A stretch of DNA of 56,091 nt, the filler included, from Bipalium vagum (taxonomy: Eukaryota), in the NCBI GenBank assembly GCA_037834085.1. It is 3 parts of 3 records of this genome, joined end to end, with 100 filler letters (N's around TTAATTAATTAA, not from the genome) between each part and the next. Parts side by side here need not be neighbours in the genome. Positions count along the whole stretch, not along the records: positions 1 to 16,139 come from JBBMKC010125291.1; positions 16,240 to 39,521 come from JBBMKC010211371.1; 1 more part is not named here. The stretch is one strand, 5' to 3'. The first letter of the stretch is position 1. The number at the start of each line of letters is the position of its first letter. Position numbers and translations under genes: made by a program. This document shows, piece after piece, positions 13,800 through 27,881 of the stretch. The notes under the pieces are model-generated. The model searched no databases. It saw only the letters and a list, made by a program, of their open reading frames with translations, and was not told the DNA's origin.

Positions 13800-16066
13800 C
13801 TTAACACAAAGTATTCATTTAATCATGTATGGACAAAATAAGATCCTTTCACAATAATATTTCCATAGATATAAATATTGAAAGTATAAGCAATTATTTT
13901 AATAAAAGCCTTGAAATTTATGTTGGTAAATTAAAGTTACTTATTTTCTTCAAACGATGATTATTTTAAAAATTAAATTTTTTATTGATATCACTCGTGA
14001 TTTTCTAAATATTTATTAAAATAATAATAAATAACCTTTTTATTTTTTATATTAAAATCTTTTAATTAATTATTTGTTAACCTCTGGTATTAATTATAAT
14101 TTATAATATTAATAACAAGAGGTTTAAAGGTAAATAACTAAAATATTTTTACGTTTGTATGTTATTTTTAAATTTATTTAATTATTTTTTATTTCATCAT
14201 GATTTTTGTTTTTCCGTGTATTGTAATTTAATTTTTTTGTTCTTCTAATTAGCATGCGTCTTAAAAAACTAATTGGACAAATTAAAAAATTTGAATTTAT
14301 TAAAAAAACTAATCATTTACACAAATTATTAACATAATTTTTATTTTAAGATTATTTTAAGTTATAAAGTAAGAAATGAAATTTCCATTAATTTTTTTAG
14401 CTTACACGAGAACACAAAGATCAATCAGATTTATCAAATATATAAGCTTTAAAATATTCAATACACTATTTGTGACTAAAATAAGTCAGTAGATGTACAT
14501 TTTAGGAAGTGCGTACAATAAGAATGAATACATATTTATTATATTTTTTGTTATAGCAGTTCTTTTGGATCTTTTACAAGATTTTAATCTTTTCTCTATA
14601 TTCATTATCACTTCCATTATAGTTTTATTTGAATCTCACTAAAATGGTCTCACATTTTAGGTCTTTAATGGTTTGCGTACATTTATCTTTTTAGTAGTTC
14701 TTAAGAAAATAAACTATCGGATCCAAACAAAAGATTGTATCCTTATATCATGAATGAGTTTGAGCTTTAAAATAAGACTAAAGTAAAAATGTTTCTAAAT
14801 CTTAATGTCTTCAAAAGTCTCATTAAAATTACCTGAGTACATATGTTCAATTATATTTGACATTTGGGACAAAGTTAATGTAATAAAAAATGAAATCTTT
14901 TATTTAACATAAGACATTTTAGTAAATTAGAAAATTGTTCATTAAATGTTTCAAATCTAACACATGGGTCGTATCTCTTAAGTATTAACAACTTGACAAA
15001 ATTAATTCACTTAAATGAACATTTCACTCGATATTATTTAAAACTCATTGAATGTCGCTAATTGGTTTATACTAACGATAATTAGCATTAGTGATCATTC
15101 TAATATTGATTGTCATTTTGATATTTACTTAAATCGAATGAAAATGTTTCATTTACCAAGATAAATGCAAATATTACTTTTCCATTTATCTTCACATCTC
15201 ATTATTTTTGTCCAAAGTCACTCAATCTACGAAAATTTTCCTTCTTATAACCTGTTTCTTGCATTTCTGAATAATATTTTATCCACCCAAGATCATTAAA
15301 AATTACATTTGTGTGTGATTTGTACAATGGAAAATGAAAATACTCTTATTACGCTTTATCGTGCAACATAATTGCGAGTAACTTTTGATAATATTTGGAA
15401 AAAAAACCATTCAGAACAAGTTATTCCATTACAGAAACCCCGACAACAAAATTGATTTGAGAAAAATTAATAAAAGTATAAAAAATGCATTCATGAAAAT
15501 ATTTAATTAATTATTATTATAAATATTTTATTGTTAATTTTCATAGTTGACAATATATAAAATAAATGAAAATATAAAATATAAACTTTTAATTATTTTT
15601 TTCTTTTTATTTAATTATAAAACCAATAATTATATTAGTTGATTATTTTATTAAAATGGAATACTAGGTTGACTTTGCTTATGTAAATAAATACAATTGG
15701 TAGATTTTAATTTTTGCAATTAAAATTATTAATGAGTTTATTTATATTTCTACCTAAAATAAAGTAAGAAGATTAGTTTTAAAATACATAATTTCAGAAT
15801 TATTTTATTTATATTCAAGTGAAATTTAAATATTGTAAGGTGTAATTATTGTAAAACTACAAGCTCATAACTTATTGTTCTTAATTCGTAATTTGTTATT
15901 ATCTTTCTTGATTTCAATAATTTTTAATTGAAAATCAGGAAAGTAGATTTTACAAACTATCTTAGACCAAACATTTGTTCATTACTACATTAAAATATCA
16001 TCCAATGTCAGTTTTTTATATATTTTCATAATCAGCATGATACTATATTTCTATAAATTATCTAAA

Positions 16067-16069
<3 letters not shown>

Positions 16070-16139
<70 letters not shown>

Positions 16140-16239
16140 NNNNNNNNNNNNNNNNNNNNNNNNNNNNNNNNNNNNNNNNNNNNTTAATTAATTAANNNNN
16201 NNNNNNNNNNNNNNNNNNNNNNNNNNNNNNNNNNNNNNN

Positions 16240-16311
<72 letters not shown>
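16070..16311. repeat. (ATT)n microsatellite flanking an assembly spacer
   Basis: Pure ATT repeats on both sides of the N-run. Confidence 0.95.
16140..16239. other. Assembly spacer N44-TTAATTAATTAA-N44
   Basis: Fixed 100-bp spacer with stop codons in all six frames. Confidence 0.98.
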
Positions 16312-16312
<1 letters not shown>

Positions 16313-19300
16313 TCTATTTTATTTGTTTAAACATATTAATTAAATTCATTAGAATAATCAAAAAATAAATGCAACTGGACTTGCATTATATATTTCTCCG
16401 ACTTCGCTAATTTTAAAAGCGTATCGAAATATTTTTTTAAAAAACATTTCAAAAACTTTCCATAGATTTCATGTGAATCTCCTTCAGTTCGGTATACATT
16501 TGAAATACGAAACATAAAAAATACACAAGGGATAATATGAATTAAATTTTCTTATTTTCCCTCCTATTATCTTTCAATAAATCACAAGAAAAAAAGAAAG
16601 CCACGAAAATTTGTTTAAATGATCGAACTTATTTTCATTATATTTCTTTGAAACATTTTCAAATTTCCCTATCACAACGAAAACTCATCACACAAAAAAT
16701 TTTATTTATTGTTATTTTTCAATGGACTTTTTCTAACGAAAAAAAAATTTGTTTTTTCGTCATCAAATTTCAACAAAACGATTTTGAACTTTTTGTGGTA
16801 GAATTATTTAGCTTCGTTGATTGACATTAAATATTTGTCCCCGAAGTAATTATTTTATATTTCCATTTATCAAAGCCAATCAATAATTAATAATTCCAAA
16901 CTGTCTGATATCCCATTTCAGTCGTATTTCACTACAGATTTTCTATGCATAATTAGCATCGTCATTAGTCAATATTTGTGTTTACGTTTTGTTTTCAATA
17001 AATATCATAAAATGTCAATCAATTTGTTGAACAGTGTTTTCCTGAACTATCTCTCGGTTCTGTGAGGAAAGCTGGGCTTCGTTCGCAGGATGGAGAATTG
17101 GAGGAAATTGGCCCTCATCTTGATTGTTTTCTCCCTAATCTATACTATTCCTCTTCTGATTTATTATCGTAATTATTATACATATATATAATAATAATGA
17201 GAATGATCTCTTTTCAGTAATAATTTTATGGTTATCAGTTTATTGAAAGATAAATATATATAATTTATATTTTTAATATATAATAATATGTAAATTATAT
17301 AATATATAATAATTTCATAATAAAATTTAAAATGCGCGGTTTTTCACTGGTTTTTGCAATAATGAATGTTATTTATTAAAACACGAATTTCTAACTTAAA
17401 TCTTTAATATAGGAGTTCGTCAAAAATTGTATACATACCTCATTGATAGTGTGAACTAACCTCGGCATGTAACATTCCATATAGCAGCGCTTGAAAGTTC
17501 GGTGAACAGAAACTTTTGAGAATCCTAACTTCATATATAAATATTTTTAATATTTTTAGTAATTAATATCTGTCAGGCAATGTTATTTTTATTATTTTAT
17601 TAGTTAAAAATAAAAAATAAAAAGATTATTTATTAATATTTGTCTGGTAACGATCCACGTGATGGATTAGACATTTAATTTATTATTATATATTTTACAA
17701 TTTTTTTAATAATTTTTTATGGAATAATATTGAGATAAAATAGTTCTAAATAATATTGTACAATTTTATATTGAAGATTATAAGATTAAATGATTTCAAG
17801 AATAAATATTGAAATATTTTAAATCTTTTAATTTTAGAATTTATAATAATTATCATAATAATAATAATTAAATTATAATATTTAAGTAAACCAAATTAAC
17901 GAGTTATATTTGATATTTTTAAAACAAAATATCGAATTAATTAATTAATTTCATTTTAAAATTTTAAAAAAAGAGTTAAACAAATTTAAATTATATTAAA
18001 AATTAAATCTAGAATTTTCAGAATTTAATAATGAAATAGAGTGAAACCGAGAGTAATTAAATAATTTTAATTAAATTAAGTTCGTCATTCCTTGTTTAAT
18101 TGAATATTTTTAAACATTTGTAAACCGTTGACAGTGTTTTTGTTTTAATCTAAGTTTAACCGTTATTTTAAAAAAGATTTTTATTTACATAATTTATTAT
18201 TTTATTTTTGGAAAATAAATTTCAAAATTAAATAATTCACATTTTTTTTGCCAGCATGGCAAAACATGAATGACAAATATAAAAATTAAATTGACAAGAG
18301 AAATCAATACGTCCAATATTTTCTTGAATAAGTTATGGAAATCGTTTACTTGGCATTGTCAAGATTTTCATATCAAGATGGACATTCCATAATTTGGATC
18401 GATGGTATCAAATGACATCTGAGTCTGAAGTTAAAGACTCCCGGAGGAATTCTTAAACCTATTTTTCAGATATTTATTTTTCAACAAATGTCAACGGTTT
18501 TTCGGAACCGCCTTCTATTATGAAATGACAAGTACCAAAGGGCTGAAAATCAAAGAGAAACCTTGAGCATAAAATTCATTCATTTCCATAAATACATATT
18601 ATGCAAATAATTATATAGAAATAATAATATAAGGACCTTCTATTTAATAAAAACAGTTTTTAGTATATTAAATAGCAGAGATTTTTAATTTACTTCAAAG
18701 ATGGTTATTTATTAATATTTTCCTATTTCTCATTTTATTTTTTTCATAAACACTTGATATGAAAATAGCTGCAGTTAAAATAACGGTTTTGTTAAAATTT
18801 ATTAAAATCAAATTAAATTGAAAAAACGTTTTAATATAATTATAAATTATATTAATAATAATAATAAATAATAATAAAAATATTAATAATAATAATAAAT
18901 AATAATAAAAATATTAATGATAATAATAATATTATTATTACTAGCATTAGGTATTGCGAAACAATAATATGATTTTGAATTCTTAATTTGTACTATCTTA
19001 TTTTTCTAAATTATTTTTTCATTTTCATTATTCATTTTTATCTTATTTATTATTGTAAAACATCTTACTTTAATGTGACATAAGAAGAAATAGGTTAAAA
19101 ACAATCATAAACCTAAATTAATTTAGGTGTATGCATAGGTACTAAACCATGTTTTAATCATTGTTTAAATAAATAAACAAATAATCAAAACACCCCGTTA
19201 AATTAAATTTATGTTGTATATCTATTGAAAAAATAAATATTTTCCTTAATTGTTTCAGAATATCAAAAAATTTTGAATTTAGAAATGAGTGACGAAAATA

Positions 19301-19329
19301 TTTACTATCGAATATTTGTATCAGATATA

Positions 19330-21230
19330 TTAGGTGAGTCAGAAGGTAACCTCGTTTTTTTAATTTTTAAAATTAATTGCTAAATATTGACAATTTTATT
19401 GTAGTTTTAATAATATTGATTTAGAAATATTTGAAACGCAATAATTGAAGTATAAGAAATCATATTTATTTTTTAGATTATAATTTTTATAAGTCAGTGG
19501 CTAAATTTGTCCCCACTAAGAAAAATGTCCGAAATTGGCTCCTGTACGAATATCTCCGTGGATCTACGGCCACACTAGCTGCCGCTAATAACGGGTGGCC
19601 AATAAAGAATAATAATTCTTTCAATGATGTTTGACATAGATAGCATAATGTTAAATTAACAATAAAAAGTATTTAATAAAGAATAAAACCAAAATTTATT
19701 TAATTAAAACAGTTTATTATTAAACCTCCTTTGTGCCTGTCTATGGCAAAAACTCTTTGTCAAAAGGAATCGGTGACTTAGGGAATCATATTTAATAGAA
19801 TTTCTGCAATTGTTTCTTTAATTTTTTTTAATCAGTTTGTACGATTTTCAATTTTTTTTGTTTTCAGTCTCTTTGATACTTCATTCTAAAAAAAATAATC
19901 AAGAGGACTAAGATCTGATGAATTTATGTAAATATATATATGAGTCCAGAAATTTGGGACTCAGATAGATAGGGAACTTTTATTTTCCTGTAGCACTTAA
20001 ATCCAAAGTCATTATGTATAATATTTCCAATAGTTCCTCTTGAACAATTGAAATCCAAAGCTAACTTTCTAGCTGATTTCTTTTTTGGTTTGTTTTAAGG
20101 TTTCTGTTAATTATTTTGATAAATGTTTTCGTTTTTACGGTTCTTGAACGTCCAGGGGAATTTCGAGCAAGTAATGATTTTCCCTCTTTTATTAATTTAG
20201 TCCATCTATAAATAGTAGACTTTGGAACCGTTTTTGCTAAAGCTTCATAAATTTCTTCCGGTGTTTTCCCATTTTCATAATGGGTTTTTATCAAATTTTT
20301 TACACAGCTCTCATACGTCATTATCTAAAAGAAAATATTGCTGAAAATAACGTATGTTTATTTCGCAAGATATTAAAAACCTTGGCATAAATTAAATAAA
20401 TTAATAATTCAAATTTAAATTTTTTTAGTTTAAAAATATTGTATTTAAACAATTTATCATTCTTTATTGGCCACCCGTTATTAATGACATGAATAAAGAA
20501 GCCATTAATATTCCTCGAACAAAGGAATGGTTTGCCAGATACAGGTCTGGTGACTTCAACCTCAATGACCATGAAAGAAGTGGACGTCCACCAACGACTG
20601 ACGACGCATTATTGGAAAAGCTCATAAGTAGTGATCCACGAATAACCACTGAACAGATGTCAAAAACCCTCGGCTGTAGGAAAATCATTGGAAAATCATT
20701 TAGGGCAGGTGTTTAGGTACCACATGAATTGACCGAAAAAAATAAGGCTGTTAGACTATCTGTTTGTCAATAACTGATTCTGAAAAACAACAGTGATCCG
20801 TTTCTTCAACGTATTGTCACGGGAGATCTAATCCAGATTCCAACATCAAAACCAAGTCTTCATCTTAAAAAGGCTATGGTTTGCATTTGGTGGGATTTTC
20901 GTGGGGTAATCTATTAGGAAATGCTCAAATCAAATCAGACAATTGATGGCAACAAATACTGTGATCAATTGGACAAATTAAATGAGAACTTGATTAAAAT
21001 TCGTCGAGCTTTAGTCAACAAAAAATGTGTCGTTTTTCATCATGACAATGCCAGGCCACATACCTCGAAGATCACATCTAAAAAAATTAAAGACTTAGGA
21101 TGGGAAGTTGTGGCTCACCTACTATATAGCCCAGATATTGCTCCAACAGATTTTCACCTCTTCAGATCTTTACAGCACTTCTTGTCTGGAAAAAGATTTC
21201 AAAATGATGATCACATCAAAAGCAGCATTT
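19330..21230 (+). mobile_element. mariner element split by a nested insertion at 19591-20478
   Basis: TA|TTAGGTGAGTC terminus. ...RNWLLYEYLRGSTATLAAAN rejoins INDMNKEAINIPRTKEWFARYRSGDF. Also VPHEL, IVTGD, HDNARPH and YSPDIAPTDFHLF. Confidence 0.9.
19591..20478 (-). mobile_element. Tc1/mariner-superfamily element (maT/Tc1-like), internally deleted, 888 bp
   Basis: Perfect 20-bp TIR ACGGGTGGCCAATAAAGAAT, TA target duplication, and an HTH ORF at 20321-20061 (VPKSTIYRW...SPGRSRTV). Confidence 0.9.
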
Positions 21231-21927
21231 ATACAAATTGGAGAAATTTAATTAGAGCTGTCAAAGTGTATCGTATAAATAAGCATGTTAACAAACTTTT
21301 GTAAAATTTACAAAGATGAATTTTTGAAACAGAAATTTTGAAAAAAAAGGCTTCAAAACAACTTTAAAAGAAAATTTACTATAGCGGTCTTGACACATCT
21401 GGATAGTAGACTGGTATCAAAGAAAAATTGGGAGTCTAGTTCAAAACGGAACGCAAGTATGTATAAATAGAATAATAGTCCAGTGCGTAATGCTAAAAGA
21501 TTTTGATACTGAGATTAATTAGATAAAATGCATTCAAACTGAAGAAACAATTATCTGCATTATGTAACCCACTTATTATTCTATTAATAAAAGGGGCTTA
21601 TTCTGTTGCAAAATAAAGCTTGAAATCGTCTTAGTGAAAAATATTCGGAAACTTTCGTAAATGAATTACGAATTTCGTCATCCAACATAATCGCCAGATT
21701 TAGTCCCAATTGATTTTCGCCTATTCAAGCATGTGGCTCAATTTCTACAGGGACATTGTAGAAACTATTTAAATCTATAATATACACACTGAAAAAGCGC
21801 TGTCAGATCTGTGTTGATGCTGATGGAGCTCATCCTGACATTAAAAGATTTTATAAAGCCTTTTCTCACTTATTTTTGACAGCTAAAAATTATGTAAAAA
21901 ACAACATTTCAAATGCACCAACCAAAT
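21230..21927 (+). mobile_element. Second decayed mariner fragment (3' part)
   Basis: PDLVPIDFRLFKH, RCQICVDADG and a mariner-like right end (TTTCAAATGCACCAACCAAATA). Confidence 0.6.
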
Positions 21928-23507
21928 AAAAGACTTAGGTCCTCTTATAAATATTAAACATTTTATATATTTATTAAATTAAATTTCAATTTAAGTTCAT
22001 TCATGACATAATACATTTTCATTAAATAATATATTTTTATTATTTTTAAAACTTTTAATAAATTTTGAACGTTCTCAGCATTTTGATTTTTTTATGATTG
22101 CACATTCACAAACTCATTTCCGTTTCTCTTCATTAAGATGTTGGTGAAATTAAATATTTTTTAAAAATAAATAAAATTATTAATATTGGAAATTAAAATT
22201 CACGCAAAATATATTAAGATAAAAATACTAATTACAATTTCACTTTACAATCATTTGGAAGTATGTAAAATTGGTCGAAAATTTCTATTTTGAGCCTGAT
22301 TCGTTTGGTTTACTAAAATAAACTCAATTTCTATATCATGATTTAAAATCAACAAGCCCCAAGAGATTTTCCTTTTCAAAGCCAAAAAAACGAAATTATT
22401 TTTTTCAATTTGTATTTATAAGCATAATAGTTTCAATTTAATCAAAATAATTGTCTTTCATCTTTTTATATACTTTTTATTAATGTTTCTCATAAATGAT
22501 TTTATATTCAAGCTAATTTTGTTTGAATTATTTCTCAATTCATTGCGACTTCCAATAAAATCGTATCGTTTCAGAATATATTATTAAACATTTGTTTTAA
22601 TCGTTTGAATAAAAATATTTAAGATAAGATTCATTTTACAAGGCGAAAATATATTAAAATATATTTTTATCATTTTATTGTTCATTAATTTTTAAAATGA
22701 GAGAAAATTATTTTAAATATTATTTTTCGGTTAAAGTTTGTTTAAAATACTCTCTCGTTCAAGGTTATTTGATTTTGTTTTAATATACCATTTGGAAGTA
22801 AAAATGATATAAGATTTGTTAGCTTTAATTTACTTTTTCATGTTACAAGTCTTTTTTTCATGCTTAAGTTATTATTGAGAATGTTTAAGGGTCCTCTCTC
22901 TTTAGGATCTTAATACTTGATTGTTTATAGTTTTTAATTTTAAGTAAAATATATGACTTAGACTTTACGTTTAAATGTTATTTAGGTGTTTTTTGTAGTC
23001 TTTCGGACTCTAATTTTTGTCATTCATATTTTATATTTCGTCATTGCTTTCAAATACGTTCGCATCAGTGTTCCCCAATTTAATATTTTTTGTGATTTCT
23101 CAGTTTTACCTGTAATTTAATTTATTTCGATAAACGACCTGATTATAAAGAGCATTCTGCTAGAAAAGTCAAAGAAATTTTTAAAATAAAACAAAAAAAT
23201 TTGACTAAGCATCCAAAATTTATTTTATAACCTTCAAAATAGGCCCAAAATGAACCAGATTGATTTTTCGTCGATCGTTTTTGAAAGTCTCTAATCAGTT
23301 GTAAACTTTGTTTTCAGATATACATCACTGCCATATGTTTTTTAAAATATTTTTAGGGATTCCGAAAAGAATTTTCATTTCTAACGCAAAATTTGATAGA
23401 CACTTTCCATAAATATATTTTTGAAATAACAATAAATAAATCCATTTTTGAAAATTCAGAATGATAAGGATATTGAACGATTAAAATATCTTGGGAGATT
23501 GCTTTTA

Positions 23508-23920
23508 TTAGGGTGTCCTAAAAGTAATCATCGTTTTTTGTAAAAAATATTGAAATCAATATAATTCAAAATAAAGAATAATTTTTTTTTCAAAATACAT
23601 TCCTCCATGATCTATTGTGATGTGACTTCGTTGATTGTTCCATCGCTTTCAACATCATTGATTTCGCGAGAGGTGGCAGCAGCATTACAAATGTTTTTCC
23701 AATAGTGTTGAAGGAGAATTCGTTTTTTTAAATTGTTCGTCACCTATTTCTAAATGTATACTAAATTGATATATAGTTATAAAAAAGGTTTATATAAAGA
23801 AATAGAAATAAAGAAATATCTATAAGAAATCAATACCTTGTCGATTGAGAAATTATATAAAAAATACAACTCGTCAAATGTAAACTAATAAAAACGATCA
23901 TTACTTTTGAGAGACCCTAA
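23508..23920 (-). mobile_element. mariner-derived MITE / deletion derivative, 413 bp
   Basis: TIRs TTAGGGTGTCCTAAAAGTAATCATCGTTTT versus AAAACGATCATTACTTTTGAGAGACCCTAA, TA flanks, and a transposase N-terminus KRILLQHYWK...AAATSREINDV. Confidence 0.85.
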
Positions 23921-25714
23921 TAAATACGACTCTTATTGAGAACAGCATCATTTATATACATAAATAATGTATATATGTATAAATATAATATAATATATGT
24001 ATATATATAAAATATAATATATGTATAAATAAGAAATAAAGAAATATATTTAACTCTGTGGACTTTTCCGGTTACATTTCTAACACAATGTATAATTATG
24101 TTTTAATTAAATAAGATTTGAGCTTTTATTGATCAATAAAATTAAAATACCAGTATAATCCATCTTTAAAAACTTTGATTTTAGGTTGATTCAATCGATT
24201 TTAAAATATTTTTTTCTAATGAGATAATTAACGCAGTAATGATTAAAAGATATAAGCACGAAAGAAAAAAATGTTCAAAGAAAAATAATACCTCCTTTAA
24301 TATGCACTTTCACATTATCTGATTGCTCAACAGAAACCCTTTGATGTCATTAATTCAACTGAAGATTATTAATATAAAATGATCACTAATTTCGGATGTT
24401 TGGAAGATCAGGACTTTCACCTGACTGAGTCTTGAATAATGTCATAAAAATTGTTTTATTTTCTTCATAACTTTCGGTTAAATATATTTCAGAATGTTTT
24501 ATTTATCTTGAACTAGATGCAAAAATGAGAAATGATATTTTTATAATACACAGCAAATATTTAGGTAAAGATCGGTGGACAAGTGGACCTATTGTGGAAT
24601 GCTTGTAATGAAATAGAATTGAATTTTTGCCATAGCCTAGCTCAAAATCGTCTAAGTAGTTGAAAGAAAGCCATGGAGAACAATTCACAGTAAGAGATAG
24701 AAAACCCAAACTCGGTAAATAAATAAATAATATTGAATAATCGTTTGTTAAATTGATTAATGGTAAACATTCGCTTAAGCGCACTAAAGAAATGCAATGT
24801 CTCCATAATTTCTTTTATTAAGTTGAAGTTGATAATTAAATTATCTATATTATTATATGCTGAAATTAGTCTAGCACAGGTCTTTTCTGTAGTATTTTGA
24901 AACATGAATAATTATAATTTCATTAGAAGAAATTTATTTATAAAATTGCGAAACATTCGTTTAATATAAAAATAAATATTATTATATTTAATACAATTAT
25001 GTGAATTTTATTTTAAAGTTACTAAAAGATATTTTATTAATATTTTATCCATTAAACTAAGATTTGTTTACATATATAAGAAAATAAATATGAAATTTGC
25101 ACTTAGAAAAAATAATTTTGCCATCAATTATAAAAAAATACTACTTGGAGCGAATTGGAGTAAGATAAAATATTTTAATAAAAAAATATCAAATGTGGAC
25201 TCAAATGCTCATTTCTCTCATGTTTTTCTGATGATTAAAATGTAAAACTGAGAAAATCGTGTATTTCATTTTTAATAGAATTTCCATGTTAGAAATTATC
25301 TCGATTTTGTGTTTGTTCGTTAATTTTTTAATATTTAAAGAAAAAAAATACTTGAGAATTTTCAAGATCTACTTTTTGTAGGTTCACAAATCTCCTGCAT
25401 TAATTACATGATTATCTTGTGGAAAATCAATGAAACTTTCAAGAAATGTGGAGGAAACCTTTATTAAGCTGGTTTTGGTTTAAAAAATTTCCTCCGTATA
25501 TTCACAAAAATTGACTGTTTAGAAATAAATTTATGAAAAATGGAAAGAATGAGATTAAAAATTGAAATGTGTAAATTAAATAATCCTTTGGAATAAAAGA
25601 AGAGAATAATGAGAAAATAAACAACGGAAATAGAATTCAATGATGAATTAAATTAGATAAAACCTGAAAAATAAATGTGAAGATAAAAATTGTTTTTATT
25701 AATGATCATATTAT

Positions 25715-25895
25715 TATAATAAATTAAAAGATGTTTTATTATCAAAATTTTATTTTATCTTATTAAAATAATTTATTAAATATATTATTTTCTGAAATTA
25801 TAAATTTATTTATTTATTTTGATGGTGTGTGTGCAGCCCACCTTACCCTTTTATGATATTCAGCAAAAATCGATCTGTGGGTGTTAAAACTAAAT
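25715..25895 (+). repeat. Diverged copy of the repeat unit carrying the hammerhead-like motif (partner at ~27710-27885)
   Basis: 25849-25892 matches 27838-27881 at 37 of 44 positions. The upstream AT-rich flanks also align loosely. The core is mutated (TTGATGG, GATA). Confidence 0.7.
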
Positions 25896-26329
25896 GCTTA
25901 ATTTTGAAAAATAAATGTAAAAATAAAAATTATTTATAAAATTTGAAGAAAGGAAATAATGTAATATTTTAAAATATTAAAATAAGCATATTTATAAAAC
26001 TTTAAAAAGATTTCTTTATTCAAAATAAACTAATGTTGTAATGGATTTTTTTAATAATGTGAAAATAAAGAGTTTTTCAACCGAATAAGTATGGAAATCC
26101 ATTTTGAAGAAGGAATTGTATAATTGACATAAATTGAAGAGATAATTCTTGTTAAATACATTGGTTGGTCAGCAAAGTCTTTTCGTTAAAATCTTTTCGA
26201 AGTCATTTATTACTATTTTTGGGCAAGAGTTCAAAAATGGTTAATTTAATTTTTTACTGTAATATAACCTAATAATAATGTTTTACAACAAATTTAATGT
26301 TTTATGGGATCAATTTTGTTCGGCGTAAT

Positions 26330-26610
26330 TTTGAAAATGAAAAATCAAAATGCACATTTTAGGCATATTTTACATTATTATTTTTTAAAAGGCAAAAACC
26401 TTTCAATAAAAAATATATACTCAGTTTATTGTCAGGAAAAATAACTGAACTAAACCGATTTTATTTTAAAAAATGTCTGGAAATTTTCCATTCAAAATTC
26501 ATTGCGCTCTGGTAGACCAATGAGAATACATGAAGACCAAATAAAGGTGATAATTGAAAGTGATCGAAGCATTATGTTTATATCGCAAAGACGTTCAATC
26601 TATCCAAAAC
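26330..26610 (+). mobile_element. mariner 5' fragment
   Basis: MKNQNAHFRHILHYYFLKGKN and RSGRPMRIHEDQIKVIIESDR. Confidence 0.7.
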
Positions 26611-27799
26611 TCTTGATGATAGTAGTATATGAATTAGACTAAAATATTATTATTTTGTTATATTGATTAATTATGTAAGTAGTATGTTAAATGATTAACG
26701 AGACCATGAAGCAACATTTACCTTAACGTGAGATTTTTAAGGTGAAATTTAGGTTTTCTGTTAATCTTATGTTTCTTATAAAACTTATTTAAGCAACAAA
26801 AAAAGAATAATAAAAATTGTTATCATTAAATAAATCTATCGCCAACACTAACAGTAAAAATCTACTACTACTGGTATTTTACAAGTTGTCACTTCTGGAT
26901 CTTGTTAATCATTTAACATATTAATTATTTCACGTTTCTCTTATTTTTATACTTAAATATAAAAATTATTTATTTTTATAATAATAGAATAACCCATAAT
27001 TATTTAGTTAATGTGTAATCTCAACATTATTATTACTATTATTATGTATTTAAAGATTTATTTAACAATTTTAATTTTTTAAAATATTTTATATTTTTAG
27101 AAAATTTATAAATAATGGAAAAAAGTTTTCCAATTGTGTGAAAATGTTTTTGTTTAAATTAAATTTCAATTTAAATGGATTTTATCGTTATTTTACAAAC
27201 TTTATTAAATTTATTAAAAAGAAATTTTAAAAAAATCAAACTAGATATGACTTTAAAATTCTCTGCCTTTCAAATTTCTTTTAATTGTAAAATTTGTAAG
27301 TCTTTACAAAAGCTTTAAATAAAAGAAATATTTATTTTGAATTTTCTAATACTCAGACTTCAGAGAAAATTTTGATGTCTACTAAGAGAAATGGCATATG
27401 GTTTCCAAATTAAGTTTTTAATTGAATCGAAATTAAAATAAAATTTGAATAAAAAGCTACAATTTGTCATAAATTATTTTATTACAATTAATATTAAATA
27501 GAAATTTTACAGAACAAAAAAGAAATAAAATTCTAATTTAATATTATGATGAAAAATTATTCTTTTCATTTAATGAAATTTAAAATTTTAAAGCTTTTCA
27601 TTTAAATTTTATAATTAATATATTTAAGAGAATTTTTAATGAAAATAATTTAATTTAATTTTAAAAAATGAGTAGGTTAAAATAATTAATTAATGATAAT
27701 AATATTATTATTAAATATAAAAAGATATTTTATTAACAGAATTTTTTTTATTAATGAATAAAGTTATTAAATATACTATTTTCATAATTATAAAATTAT

Positions 27800-27881
27800 T
27801 TTTTTATTCTGATGATGAGCTTCATTCACCTCGAAGCTTTTACGAAACTCAGCAACGATCGATCTGTTGATGTTAAAACTA
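27800..27881 (+). ncRNA. Type I hammerhead-ribozyme-like motif, probably degenerate
   Basis: CUGAUGA (27809-27815), stem AGCUUC/GAAGCU, C-GAAA (GAAA at 27844-27847), stem III ACUCAGCA/UGUUGA(U)GU with a palindromic GAUCGAUC loop, and a GUU triplet at 27872-27874. Stem I is weak. Confidence 0.5.

Noticed and set aside
16184-16195. Palindromic TTAATTAATTAA within N-runs (also 39566-39577)
   Set aside because: Artificial six-frame-stop linker from the assembly, not biology.
17435-17525. Possible upstream kinase exon with splice-like signals
   Set aside because: Translates as SKVSVHRTFKR...PRLVHTINE, which is more like a Tc1-type transposase fragment. No kinase motif.
18850-18940. Tandem AAT-rich ~27-30 bp units
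   Set aside because: Degenerate microsatellite expansion with no unique spacers.
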